The notes under the pieces were generated by a model. It did no database searches, was not told the origin of the DNA, and saw only the letters and a program-made list of their open reading frames with translations. Of a stretch of 59,131 nucleotides of DNA, positions 15,616 to 24,632 are shown piece by piece (position 1 is the stretch's first letter; each line of letters starts with the position of its first letter). Made by a program: the position numbers and the translations under genes. This stretch comes from Candidatus Dormiibacterota bacterium (GTDB lineage Bacteria > Chloroflexota > Dormibacteria > Aeolococcales > Aeolococcaceae): NCBI GenBank assembly GCA_049279755.1, contig JBAPOS010000008.1, forward strand, positions 1 through 59,131. The letters run 5' to 3'.

Positions 15616-17985
15616 ATGCCGGTGGTGAGCACAGTGACTCCGTCCGCCGCTTCGGTCGACGTTGATGCGTTGATCACCTCCTGGACCGCCGCGAACTATC
15701 TGACCGTCGCGCAGATCTACCTCCAGGCAAACCCGCTGCTGCGCGAACCGCTGTGCGTGGAGCACATCAAACCGCGACTGCTCGGTCACTGGGGCACCTC
15801 GCCGGGATTGAGCCTCATCTACGTCCAGCTCAACCGCCTGATACAGCAACGCGATTGTGACGTCCTCTACATCGCCGGCCCGGGCCACGGCGGCCCGGCC
15901 ATCGTGGCCAACGTCTACCTCGAGGGAACCTATTCGGAGATCTACCCGGCGGTCTCGCTCGACGAGACCGGCCTGCTCCGGCTCGTACGTCAGTTCTCGA
16001 CGCCAGGCGGCATCCCCAGCCACGTGAGCGTCCCGACGCCCGGCTCCATCCACGAGGGTGGTGAGCTGGGATACGCGCTCGCGCACGCGTTCGGCGCGGT
16101 TTTCGACAATCCCGACTTGATCGCGGCGTGCGTCGTCGGCGACGGCGAAGCGGAGACCGGGCCGCTCGAGGGATCGTGGAAAGGCGTGAGCTTCCTGGAT
16201 CCGCGGCGCGACGGCGCGGTACTCCCGATTCTGCAGTTGAACGGATACAAGATCAGCGGCCCCACGGTGCTCGGTCGCGCTCGCGAGCTGGACCTCCGCG
16301 GCCTCCTCGGCGCGCACGGATACGAGGTGCATGTCGTCGGTGGCGACGACCCCCGCGCCGTGCACAAGGAGTTCGCGCACACGCTCGATCGCTGCTACGA
16401 GCGGATTCGAGAGATCCAGTCGGCGGCGCGGAGCGGCCAGAACGTGGGTCGCGTCCCGTGGCCGGCGATTGTGCTGCGCACCCCGAAAGGCTGGACCGGT
16501 CCCAAGATCGTCGACGGGCTCCCGGTGGAGGGCACCTTCCGCGCCCATCAGGTGCCCCTCGACAACGTGCGCACCAATCCCGCTCACCTCGAGCAGCTCG
16601 AGGAGTGGATGCGCAGCTACAGACCTGAGGAGCTGTTCGACGGCGCCGGCCGCCCGGTCGAAGCGGTGACGTCATTGGTGCCGAACGGCGACCGGCGCAT
16701 GGGATCGTCGGCGCACGCCAATGGCGGCAGGCTGCTCAGGCCGCTTCAGCTCCGCGACTTCACCGAGTACGCGATGACCGTCGACCCCGGCGTGACCGTC
16801 GGGGAGTCGACCCGCCGGCTCGGCGAGTGGATTCGCGACATCTACGTCGACAATCCCAACAACTTCCGGCTGTTCTGCCCGGACGAGACCAACAGCAACC
16901 GGCTGGGCGCCGTGTTCGACGTCGAGAACCGCTGCTTCGAGGAAACGATCATTCCGATCGACGACCATGTCAGCGCCGACGGACGCGTGATGGAGGTCCT
17001 CTCGGAGCACCTCTGCGAGGGCTGGCTCGAGGGATACGTGCTCACCGGACGGCACGGGCTGTTCGCGACCTATGAGGCATTCGCGATGGTCTCCGCGTCG
17101 ATGACCGTCCAGCACGCGAAGTGGCTCGAAGCGGCGCGCGCACTCCGCTGGCGTGAACCCGTCGCGTCACTCAACATCCTGCTGACCTCCACGTGCTGGC
17201 GCAACGACCACAACGGATTCAGCCACCAGGGACCCGGGCTCATCGACACGGTGATGGCCATGAGCGGCGACGTGGTCCGCGTGTACCTGCCGCCGGACGC
17301 GAACTGCCTGCTCTCCGTCGCGGACCACTGTCTCACCAATCGCAACAACCTCAATCTCATCGTCATCGACAAGCAGCCGCAGCTTCAATATCTGTCCATG
17401 GACGCGGCGGTCGAGCACTGCACGCGTGGCGCCTCGATCTGGACCTGGGCATCCAATGCCGGGGACGGCGAGCCGGACGTGGTGCTCGGCTGTGCCGGCG
17501 ACATCCCGACCCTGGAGACGCTTGGTGCCGCCGCGCTCCTTCGCGAGCACGTGCCCGACCTGCGCTTCCATGTGGTCAACGTCGTCGACCTGCTGGCGAT
17601 GAGTCCGGCGCCGTTTCATCCGCATGCACTGGTTCCGGAGACCTTCACCAGGCTGTTCACCGATGAGACCGACGTGGTGATGGCCTTCCATGGCTATGCG
17701 CGGGCGTTTCACCAGGTCGTCCACGGCCGGCCGAACGCCGGACGATTCCACGTTCGCGGCTACAACGAACACGGCACGACCACGACGCCGTTCGACATGG
17801 TGGTGCTCAATGAGATGAGCCGCTATCACCTGGCGATGGAGGCACTTCATCGCTCCCGGAGGACTCCCGCGGGCGCGGGCGATCTCATCCGCTACTGCGA
17901 AGCACAGCTCCGCCGGCACCACGAGTATGTCCGTGAGCACTTCGAGGACATGCCCGAGATCCGCGACTGGCGCTGGCCGGGGTGA
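15616..17985 (+). CDS. xfp: Xylulose-5-phosphate/fructose-6-phosphate phosphoketolase
   Basis: 789 aa; AANYLTVAQIYLQANPLL, GHWGTSPGL, GPGHGGPA, EGGELGY and VVGDGEAETGPL are the hallmark phosphoketolase/TPP motifs. Start at ATG 15616; the upstream in-frame extension overlaps the regulator gene. Confidence 0.93.
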   Translation: MPVVSTVTPSAASVDVDALITSWTAANYLTVAQIYLQANPLLREPLCVEHIKPRLLGHWGTSPGLSLIYVQLNRLIQQRDCDVLYIAGPGHGGPAIVANVYLEGTYSEIYPAVSLDETGLLRLVRQFSTPGGIPSHVSVPTPGSIHEGGELGYALAHAFGAVFDNPDLIAACVVGDGEAETGPLEGSWKGVSFLDPRRDGAVLPILQLNGYKISGPTVLGRARELDLRGLLGAHGYEVHVVGGDDPRAVHKEFAHTLDRCYERIREIQSAARSGQNVGRVPWPAIVLRTPKGWTGPKIVDGLPVEGTFRAHQVPLDNVRTNPAHLEQLEEWMRSYRPEELFDGAGRPVEAVTSLVPNGDRRMGSSAHANGGRLLRPLQLRDFTEYAMTVDPGVTVGESTRRLGEWIRDIYVDNPNNFRLFCPDETNSNRLGAVFDVENRCFEETIIPIDDHVSADGRVMEVLSEHLCEGWLEGYVLTGRHGLFATYEAFAMVSASMTVQHAKWLEAARALRWREPVASLNILLTSTCWRNDHNGFSHQGPGLIDTVMAMSGDVVRVYLPPDANCLLSVADHCLTNRNNLNLIVIDKQPQLQYLSMDAAVEHCTRGASIWTWASNAGDGEPDVVLGCAGDIPTLETLGAAALLREHVPDLRFHVVNVVDLLAMSPAPFHPHALVPETFTRLFTDETDVVMAFHGYARAFHQVVHGRPNAGRFHVRGYNEHGTTTTPFDMVVLNEMSRYHLAMEALHRSRRTPAGAGDLIRYCEAQLRRHHEYVREHFEDMPEIRDWRWPG

Positions 17986-18023
17986 GCCCGAGCGGGATGC
18001 GGCCGACCGAGCCGGACTGATCC

Positions 18024-19097
18024 ATGCGCGTCCTCGCCGTGAACGCGGGCTCGAGCAGCCTCAAGCTGAGCGTGGTCGGAGGCAACGACCGCGTCGAGGA
18101 CGAGCAGCAGATCGACGCCGACGCGGATCCGGTCGACTCGCTGCGCGCCTTCGCGGCACGTGCGGGCGAGGTCGACGCTGTCGCGCATCGGTTGGTGCAC
18201 GGGGGCGCAGAAATCCGGCGCGCGACGGTCGTCGACGATGAGGTGCGTCGCCAGCTCGACGCCGCGGTTTCGCTCGCGCCACTCCACGTCCCTGCCGCCC
18301 TGGCGCTCCTGGATGCGGCGCGGGCGAGCATCGACCGGCCGCAGATCGTGTGTGTCGACACCGCGTTCCACGCGACCATTCCCGACTTCGCAACGACGTA
18401 CGCTGTCCCGGCGCAGTGGCGTGCGTGGGGCGTGCGCCGCTACGGATTCCACGGGCTGTCCTATGCCTGGGCGAGCCGGCGATCGGCGGCCTTGCTGGAT
18501 CGACCCGTGGACGCGCTGCACGTCGTGATCGCGCATATCGGCTCCGGGGTTTCGGCATGTGCGGTGCGTGATGGGCGCAGCGTCGACACGAGCATGGGCC
18601 TCACGCCCCTGGAGGGCGCGGTGATGGCGACGCGGAGCGGCACGGTGGACCCCGGGGCGCTGCTCTGGCTCCAGGACCACCACGGGCTCACGGTTGGGGC
18701 GATGACCAGCTCGCTCGAGCATGCCGGCGGGCTCGTCGGACTCTGCGGCTTCTCAGACGTGCGCGACGTCGAGCGCGAGGCGGCCGGGGGCAACGCGGCG
18801 TGCATCCACGCCCTCGACGTCTACGTCCATGTGCTGAGCCGCGTCATCGGCGGCCTCGCGACGTCGCTCGATCGCCTCGACGCCCTGGTGTTCACCGGCG
18901 GTGTCGGCGAGCACTCCGCCCTCATACGCGCCAGGATCTGCGCTCGACTCCGCCTGCTCGGACTTCCTGACACGCTGCGCGCAGCGGACGGCGATGCGGT
19001 GATCGGACCGGCCGGCTCGGGGCCGGCCGTGGTCGTTGTCACAGCGAAAGAGGATGCGGAGATGGCGCGCGAGGCGCGCCAGGTGCTCGGCGGCTGA
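18024..19097 (+). CDS. ackA: Acetate kinase
   Basis: MRVLAVNAGSSSLKLSVV N-terminal motif, HRLVHGG and IAHIGSGVSACAV. Sits immediately downstream of the phosphoketolase gene. Confidence 0.88.
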   Translation: MRVLAVNAGSSSLKLSVVGGNDRVEDEQQIDADADPVDSLRAFAARAGEVDAVAHRLVHGGAEIRRATVVDDEVRRQLDAAVSLAPLHVPAALALLDAARASIDRPQIVCVDTAFHATIPDFATTYAVPAQWRAWGVRRYGFHGLSYAWASRRSAALLDRPVDALHVVIAHIGSGVSACAVRDGRSVDTSMGLTPLEGAVMATRSGTVDPGALLWLQDHHGLTVGAMTSSLEHAGGLVGLCGFSDVRDVEREAAGGNAACIHALDVYVHVLSRVIGGLATSLDRLDALVFTGGVGEHSALIRARICARLRLLGLPDTLRAADGDAVIGPAGSGPAVVVVTAKEDAEMAREARQVLGG

Positions 19098-19153
19098 ACC
19101 ACGAAGCGGCTCCACGACCGGAGCTCAACGCCGGATCGGTAAGCTCGGGCGTC

Positions 19154-19783
19154 ATGGCCGACTGGGTGACCATCTCCGCGCTCGCGACTGCAGGTGGCAC
19201 CCTCGTCCTCGCGGTCGCCACCTTCTCGTCGGTTCGCTCGGCGAACCGCGCTGCGCGCGCGGCGGAGCGATCGCTGCTCGCAGGCCTGCGCCCCGTCCTG
19301 ATGCCATCCCGTCTCCAGGACGTTCCCCAGAAGGTTTCGTTCTTCGACCTGCACTGGGTGACGATCGAGGGCGGCCACGCGGCGTTCGAGGTCACCCCGG
19401 AGGCGATCTACCTGGTCATCGGCCTGCGCAACGCCGGATCCGGCATCGCCGTCCTCCACGGGTGGTACTTCTATCCGGAACGGCTCTCCAGCGGCGAGCA
19501 CGCCAAGACCGATGACTTTCGGCGCCTCACGCGTGATATCTACGTCCCTGCCGGAGACATCGGCTTCTGGCAGGGTGCGTTGCGCGACCCGAACGAGCCG
19601 ATCTTTGCGATCGCACGCGATGCGGCGGCGTCGGGTGGATCCGTGACCATCGACCTGCTCTACGGCGACCACGAGGGTGGCCAGCGGATGATCAGCCGCT
19701 TCGCGCTGTCACCGGCGCCGAACGGCTCGTGGCTGGCGGTCGTCGGGCGGCACTGGAACCTCGACCGGCCCAACCCCCGCTAG
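19154..19783 (+). CDS. Hypothetical membrane-anchored protein (no family recognised)
   Basis: 209-aa ORF with an N-terminal TM helix (ISALATAGGTLVLAVATF). Codon usage is consistent with its neighbours. No recognisable motif. Confidence 0.5.
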   Translation: MADWVTISALATAGGTLVLAVATFSSVRSANRAARAAERSLLAGLRPVLMPSRLQDVPQKVSFFDLHWVTIEGGHAAFEVTPEAIYLVIGLRNAGSGIAVLHGWYFYPERLSSGEHAKTDDFRRLTRDIYVPAGDIGFWQGALRDPNEPIFAIARDAAASGGSVTIDLLYGDHEGGQRMISRFALSPAPNGSWLAVVGRHWNLDRPNPR

Positions 19784-19788
19784 CGTTG

Positions 19789-20340
19789 CTACCTGTCGGT
19801 CTCCGCGTCGACGTCCTGGCCGCGCGTGAGGAAGAGCGCCACCGCGAGGACGAGAATGACACCGGCGTTGACGCCGAGCTCCAGCAGGGACTGAGATATT
19901 GACGGCGCACCCGCAGTCGTTCCGCCGGAGGACAGCGTGAGCCGCGTGGAGACGGCGAGGATGTCTCGAACCGCAGCGATGATCCCGATGACGAGGAAGG
20001 GTCGAAACGGGAAGCCCCATCCCTCGAGATGGGTAAGGACGGTTCGCATGATGTCGACCAGGATGATGACCACGAGCACGCCGTCGACGGCGCTGATGAG
20101 TGAGAGCGTGTAGTTGGGCGCTGTCGCATTGAGCGACGTGACGAAGCTGATGAAACTTCGCACGAGCACCACGGCGGCGAGCACGAGCAGCACGATCGCG
20201 ACGCCGTACTGGACGAGGTCGATGAAGACCCGCAGCGGCGTCCCCCGGCGGATCTCCGGCCACGACCAGACACCACCGTTTTCACTCGCACCCCGTGAAA
20301 GTGGCGGCAGATTGGGACCAGCACCAGGTTCCGTGGCCAT
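19789..20340 (-). CDS. PsiE-like (phosphate-starvation-inducible E family) membrane protein
   Basis: LVQYGVAIVLLVLAAVVLVRSF...VLVVIILVDIMRTV...FLVIGIIAAVRDIL is a four-helix PsiE-like pattern. Start taken at ATG 20340 (MATEP); upstream in-frame ATGs exist up to 20505. Confidence 0.6.
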   Translation of the reverse strand: MATEPGAGPNLPPLSRGASENGGVWSWPEIRRGTPLRVFIDLVQYGVAIVLLVLAAVVLVRSFISFVTSLNATAPNYTLSLISAVDGVLVVIILVDIMRTVLTHLEGWGFPFRPFLVIGIIAAVRDILAVSTRLTLSSGGTTAGAPSISQSLLELGVNAGVILVLAVALFLTRGQDVDAETDR

Positions 20341-20491
20341 GACGTTCGAGCAGTCTAAGTCGACCTCGGGCATCTCGCCCGTCTGCGCCCGAACCCTGCG
20401 CGACACCGCGATGATGTCGCAAGCCCTGAAACGTAGCCGCGACGATCTCGTGCGAGATGGCAGCTGTTGTGAGGCGAAGGAGGCTTCTGAC

Positions 20492-20578
20492 ATGACCGCG
20501 AGCACCCTTGTCGGGGTGAGCGCGCTCGCTCAGCCCCACTTTCTCATCGAGGTCGAGGCCGTCGCGGTCATCGATTGA
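20492..20578 (+). CDS. Candidate 28-aa small ORF (MTASTLVGVSALAQPHFLIEVEAVAVID)
   Basis: Strong SD AAGGAGG (20477-20483) lies 8 nt upstream of the ATG. Third positions are mostly G/C. The stop is immediately followed by the 20587-20613 hairpin. No homology recognised. Confidence 0.2.
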   Translation: MTASTLVGVSALAQPHFLIEVEAVAVID

Positions 20579-20586
20579 CGAAAAGA

Positions 20587-20613
20587 GACACGTCCCGGCA
20601 ATCGAGACGTGTC
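20587..20613 (-). terminator. Intrinsic terminator candidate for the small-membrane-protein genes
   Basis: 8-bp perfect stem GACACGTC/GACGTGTC with an 11-nt loop. On the minus strand it is followed by TCTTTTCG. It lies 34 nt downstream of the 20647 stop. Confidence 0.45.
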
Positions 20614-20646
20614 CCTCAACGACGGTGGTGGGGAGCCAGAGCCCCC

Positions 20647-20802
20647 TCAGTAGTAGTGGCGCCGCCCACCCACCGCGTGCCCAGCCATTCCGAGCAATTC
20701 GAGAACGACACCGATGACTATAAGGATGACCCCGAGGGTCACCAGGATCGGGATGGCGGCGATGACCCCGATCAGCAGCAGGATGATTCCCAGAACGATC
20801 AT
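20647..20802 (-). CDS. 51-aa hydrophobic protein (two predicted TM helices), below the ORF-track cutoff
   Basis: Manual translation gives MIVLGIILLLIGVIAAIPILVTLGVILIVIGVVLELLGMAGHAVGGRRHYY*. The ATG is preceded by CTAGGAGG. Confidence 0.65.
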   Translation of the reverse strand: MIVLGIILLLIGVIAAIPILVTLGVILIVIGVVLELLGMAGHAVGGRRHYY

Positions 20803-20865
20803 ACGTTGCCTCCTAGTGGCGCGAATGTCAGAGTGTTTCCGCCTTTGAAACCGGCTCTGCCGATC

Positions 20866-21120
20866 TCAGAGGGGCCGGTCGTCGACGGTCGTCACATCAG
20901 TTCTGCGGATACCGGGTCCACCTGTCGTCCGTTCCGTGGTACGGACCCCGGGGCCTCCCCAGGATGACCAGAAGATCAGCGACAGAACGATGCCCAGGGC
21001 ACCCACGCCCATGAGGATGTACCCGATCGTGTGAAGGTCGATGCCGTTTGTGGCCACATGTATCGCGAAGGCGAGCACGGCCCCGACCGCTATCAGGAAG
21101 ATGCTGACTCCAAGACCCAT
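20866..21120 (-). CDS. DUF6458-like small membrane protein
   Basis: 84 aa; MGLGVSIFLIAVGAVLAFAI...IGYILMGVGALGIVLSLIFW gives two TM helices plus a polar tail. The ATG is preceded by CTAGGAGG. Confidence 0.7.
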   Translation of the reverse strand: MGLGVSIFLIAVGAVLAFAIHVATNGIDLHTIGYILMGVGALGIVLSLIFWSSWGGPGVRTTERTTGGPGIRRTDVTTVDDRPL

Positions 21121-21177
21121 CGAAAGTACCTCCTAGTTCTCCGTTATTCGGCTTACCTGCTACTGTCAGTGTAGCTG

Positions 21178-22410
21178 ATGCGGATATCGACACTATCACA
21201 TATAGCCCCGAGAGCGCAGGGGCTTTGCCGCGCGTCCTTGGTAAGTTGCTTCGTCATGGCAGCCTGTGGCACCGGCGCCCCCGTTCACGCCAGTACAACG
21301 ACGGCCTTGGCTCCGGCGCTGAAGGACCGGATCCGCTCGGTCCTCGAGGAGGCGTGGGAGGGCTACAAGACGGCCTTTGTCGAGCCCGACGGGCGCGTCA
21401 TCGACCCCACTCGGGGAGGCGTCACCACCTCCGAGGGGCAGGGGTACGCCCTGCTCCGTGCCGTGTGGATGGGAGACCAACCGGCGTTCGACACCGTCTG
21501 GCACTGGACGGCGACGAACCTTGAGAAGCGGGGTGACGGCCCTATTGCGTCCCTGTGGAGCGGCGGCAAGGTAGCCGACGCCAATTCGGCCAGCGACGCC
21601 GACTCGGACATCGCTCTCGCACTGCTGTACGCGGCCCGCAGATTCGCCACAAACGCCCTTCGCCAGGATGCGCTCGCGGTCCTGGACGCGATCTGGCAAA
21701 GCGAGGTTGTTTCGATCAATGGCATGAACGTCCTGACAGCCGGCAACTGGGCAAAGACCCAGGTCTCACCGGGCCCGGTGATCAACCCCTCCTACTTCGC
21801 ACCGTACGCGTATCGGACCTTCGCGCGAGAGGACTCCGCACACCCGTGGGCAACCCTGATCGACAGCTCGTACGCCGTGCTCGTTCAGTGCACCAATGCA
21901 ACGCTGGACGGCGCACCGAGCGTCGGTTTGCCGCCCAACTGGTGCGCAATCTCACGATCGACGGGCGCAATCGTGCGCTTTCCCACGATCGCGGGCGCCG
22001 ATGACTACGGATATGACGCCTTTCGCGCCATGTGGCGGGTTGCTCTCGATGCCCTCTGGAATCACGAAGCGCGCGCCCGCGCCTATCTCAGCGGCAGCGC
22101 CTTCCTCCGGACGCAGTGGAGCAGCAAACGAGCACTGGACGCTGTCTACGCACACGACGGTACCGCCATCAGCTCGTACGACGATCCGACGCTCTACGGT
22201 GGCGACATCGGGAACTTCCTCGTCGCCGACCCCGCCGGTGCCGCGCAGATCGAGCAGGTGCTGCTCGCATCGTTCCACCCATCGGCATCCGCCAGGTCGG
22301 CTGCCGCCTATTTCGGGGATCCCCAGAATTACTTCGAGCAGAACTGGGTCTGGTTTGGGCTCGCGCTGTCATCCGGAGTGCTGGTTGACCTCGATCGAGC
22401 GGGCTCATGA
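21178..22410 (+). CDS. Glycoside hydrolase family 8 (endoglucanase/chitosanase-type), probable lipoprotein
   Basis: ASDADSDIALALLYAARRF fits the PROSITE GH8 signature exactly. TSEGQGYALL is the catalytic-Glu region. The N-terminus contains a lipobox-like VMAAC. Confidence 0.88.
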   Translation: MRISTLSHIAPRAQGLCRASLVSCFVMAACGTGAPVHASTTTALAPALKDRIRSVLEEAWEGYKTAFVEPDGRVIDPTRGGVTTSEGQGYALLRAVWMGDQPAFDTVWHWTATNLEKRGDGPIASLWSGGKVADANSASDADSDIALALLYAARRFATNALRQDALAVLDAIWQSEVVSINGMNVLTAGNWAKTQVSPGPVINPSYFAPYAYRTFAREDSAHPWATLIDSSYAVLVQCTNATLDGAPSVGLPPNWCAISRSTGAIVRFPTIAGADDYGYDAFRAMWRVALDALWNHEARARAYLSGSAFLRTQWSSKRALDAVYAHDGTAISSYDDPTLYGGDIGNFLVADPAGAAQIEQVLLASFHPSASARSAAAYFGDPQNYFEQNWVWFGLALSSGVLVDLDRAGS

Positions 22411-24599
22411 TCTTCGAGATCGTCATCTTCTTCGCGCTGCTCCTCGCAACCACGATGGCGCTGGCGCTATTACCACGAACCATCAACGCCCACGCCGTGG
22501 TGGGGATACCGGTCTGCGTGGTCGCACTGGTCGCGACCGGCGCTGCCTTCATGGAAATCGAACGCGATGAACCCGGGATGATCGTGCTCGGCCTTGTCGC
22601 GGTCGGCCTGGTGGCCGCCATGCGTGCGCTGCAACCACGCTGGAGCTTCCTCGGTGCCCAGCTGTTCGTGGCGGTAAGCGTGGCCGCGATCTCGTATCTC
22701 GCGTATGCGTTTCTCCAGACGTTCTTCGGGCGTCTGTCGGTCATCGCCGTGGTCGCCTCTCTCGTGCTGCTGATCCTCGAGATCCTTGCCCTGCTGCTGT
22801 CAATCTCCTTCACATTTGAGATCTGCGACGTGCTGTCGCGAAGCACGCAACCCCGCCGTCCTCCACAGCTGACCCGCGAACCCTGGGTCGCTCTTCAGGT
22901 CCCCACCTACAACGAGCCGGTCGAGGTGGTCGGTCCCACGCTGGAATCGCTGGCGGCGATCGACTACCCCAACCTGATCATCCAGGTCGTCGACAACAAC
23001 ACCAGCGACCCTGACCTGTGGAAACCGATCGAGGAGCTCTGTTCCAGGCTGGGCGAGCGGTTCATGTTCATGCACCTGGAGGACTGGCCCGGCTTCAAGG
23101 CCGGGGCCCTCAACGAGGCGACACCACGACTCCCGGAGAAGGTGGAGATCCTCGGTATCGTCGATGCCGACTACCAGGTTCACCCGCAGTGGTTGCGCAA
23201 CACCATCGGCTACTTCGACGATCCCTCGGTGGCCTTCATGCAGACATCGCAGCACTACCGCGATTGGGAGGACAACCGGTATCTGCGCGGACTCTTCTAC
23301 AGCTTCCGGTACTTCTTCGATATCACCATGATCGCCCGCAACCATCGCAACGCGATCATCTTCTGCGGGACCATGGGACTGATCCGCCGATCGGCGTTCA
23401 ACGAGATCGGGGGGTGGAATCAGGAGTGCATCACCGAGGATGCGGAGGCATCCTTGCGTATCCTCGGCGCCGGTTACCGGGGCGTCTACGAGCCGGTTGC
23501 CTACGGCGAGGGACTGATGCCGCTGGACTTCGACGGGCTCAAGAAGCAGCGATTCCGCTGGGCGCTGGGTGGAATTCAGATCCTCAAGTTTCACTGGCGC
23601 GAAATGGTGCCGCTGGCTCATCACAGGATGCGGCTCACGCTCGCGCAGCGCATCCACTACCTTCTCGGCAGCGTCCAGTGGTTCGCGGAGGTGCTCACCG
23701 CGACCTTCACGGTTCTGCTGCTCGCGACCGCCCTCGCCACCTCGCTGCACGAGCGCCTGCCGATTCGACAGTTGACGGGCGCCGTGCTGGTCGTTCCCCT
23801 GGCATTTGCCGTCACCGGAATCGTGCGCGCGATGTGGGCCATGCGCCGCGCGTGTCACGCCAGCGCCGGCGATGCGCTCAACGCGCTCCGCGTGTGGTTT
23901 GCCCTCTCCTGGGTGGTGACCCTTGCCTGCATCCGCGGTCTGGTCCAGAAGCACGCCGAGTTCCTGCGAACGGCGAAAAGCAAGGAGGGACGCTCGCTGT
24001 TGAGCGCGTTGCGCGCGTCGCGCGCCGAGACAGTGCTCATGGTCGCCGGCGTGCTCGGCGCCGGAGCGATGCTGCTCCGCTCGCCGACGCTTGCGACCAT
24101 CGTGCTCTCGGTGCTGCTCCTCTTCGAAGCCTTCGTGTACTCCAACGCGCCATGGGCGAGCCTCGCGGCAGAGGGCATCATCCTGACCCCGGAACGCCGC
24201 GCATTTGCACGGTCACCGCAGAACACCGGCGAGCGGCCGGACCGCAGGCGATCGCTCGTGCTCCCGCTCGGGTTGACCGGGCTCGCCGCGGTTGGCGTCG
24301 CAGCAGTGCTGGTGGTTTCGTCGCCGAGCGAGAACGCGCCGTTCGGCGGTCCACAGGCTGATCTGCCTCGTATCGGCAACGTGGTGCCGGACGTCAAGCT
24401 GGGACCGATCCCGCAGGTGACCCCGTCCGCGCTGCCGTCGAGCAGCGCCACGCCAAGCCCGCAGGTCAGTCCATCGGCCTCGCCGAGCCCGTCGGGGTCA
24501 CCGACGGCATCACCATCCGCATCCCTCACGCCGGCGCCAACGTCCACCCCGGCTTCGACGCCGACCCCCGCCCCGCCCACACCGACCCCGGTCCCCTAA
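22407..24599 (+). CDS. Processive family-2 glycosyltransferase (cellulose-synthase-like) with a C-terminal P/S/T-rich tail
   Basis: N- and C-terminal TM bundles. Motifs VPTYNEP, VDNNTSD, VDADY (DxD), ITEDAE (TED) and QRFRW (QxxRW). The last ~70 aa are PSALPSSSATPSPQVSPSASPSPSGSPT...PTPTPVP. ATGA overlap with the GH8 gene. Confidence 0.88.
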   Translation: MIFEIVIFFALLLATTMALALLPRTINAHAVVGIPVCVVALVATGAAFMEIERDEPGMIVLGLVAVGLVAAMRALQPRWSFLGAQLFVAVSVAAISYLAYAFLQTFFGRLSVIAVVASLVLLILEILALLLSISFTFEICDVLSRSTQPRRPPQLTREPWVALQVPTYNEPVEVVGPTLESLAAIDYPNLIIQVVDNNTSDPDLWKPIEELCSRLGERFMFMHLEDWPGFKAGALNEATPRLPEKVEILGIVDADYQVHPQWLRNTIGYFDDPSVAFMQTSQHYRDWEDNRYLRGLFYSFRYFFDITMIARNHRNAIIFCGTMGLIRRSAFNEIGGWNQECITEDAEASLRILGAGYRGVYEPVAYGEGLMPLDFDGLKKQRFRWALGGIQILKFHWREMVPLAHHRMRLTLAQRIHYLLGSVQWFAEVLTATFTVLLLATALATSLHERLPIRQLTGAVLVVPLAFAVTGIVRAMWAMRRACHASAGDALNALRVWFALSWVVTLACIRGLVQKHAEFLRTAKSKEGRSLLSALRASRAETVLMVAGVLGAGAMLLRSPTLATIVLSVLLLFEAFVYSNAPWASLAAEGIILTPERRAFARSPQNTGERPDRRRSLVLPLGLTGLAAVGVAAVLVVSSPSENAPFGGPQADLPRIGNVVPDVKLGPIPQVTPSALPSSSATPSPQVSPSASPSPSGSPTASPSASLTPAPTSTPASTPTPAPPTPTPVP

Positions 24600-24632
24600 C
24601 CCTGCGTGCGGTGCGGGCAGCTGCCGGTACGC

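Noticed and set aside
22800-24580. Long ORFs inside the GT2 gene (22800-23954 minus, 23018-24361 plus, 23855-24580 minus)
   Set aside because: They are off-frame or antisense to a gene with complete DxD/TED/QxxRW motifs. The products are low-complexity.
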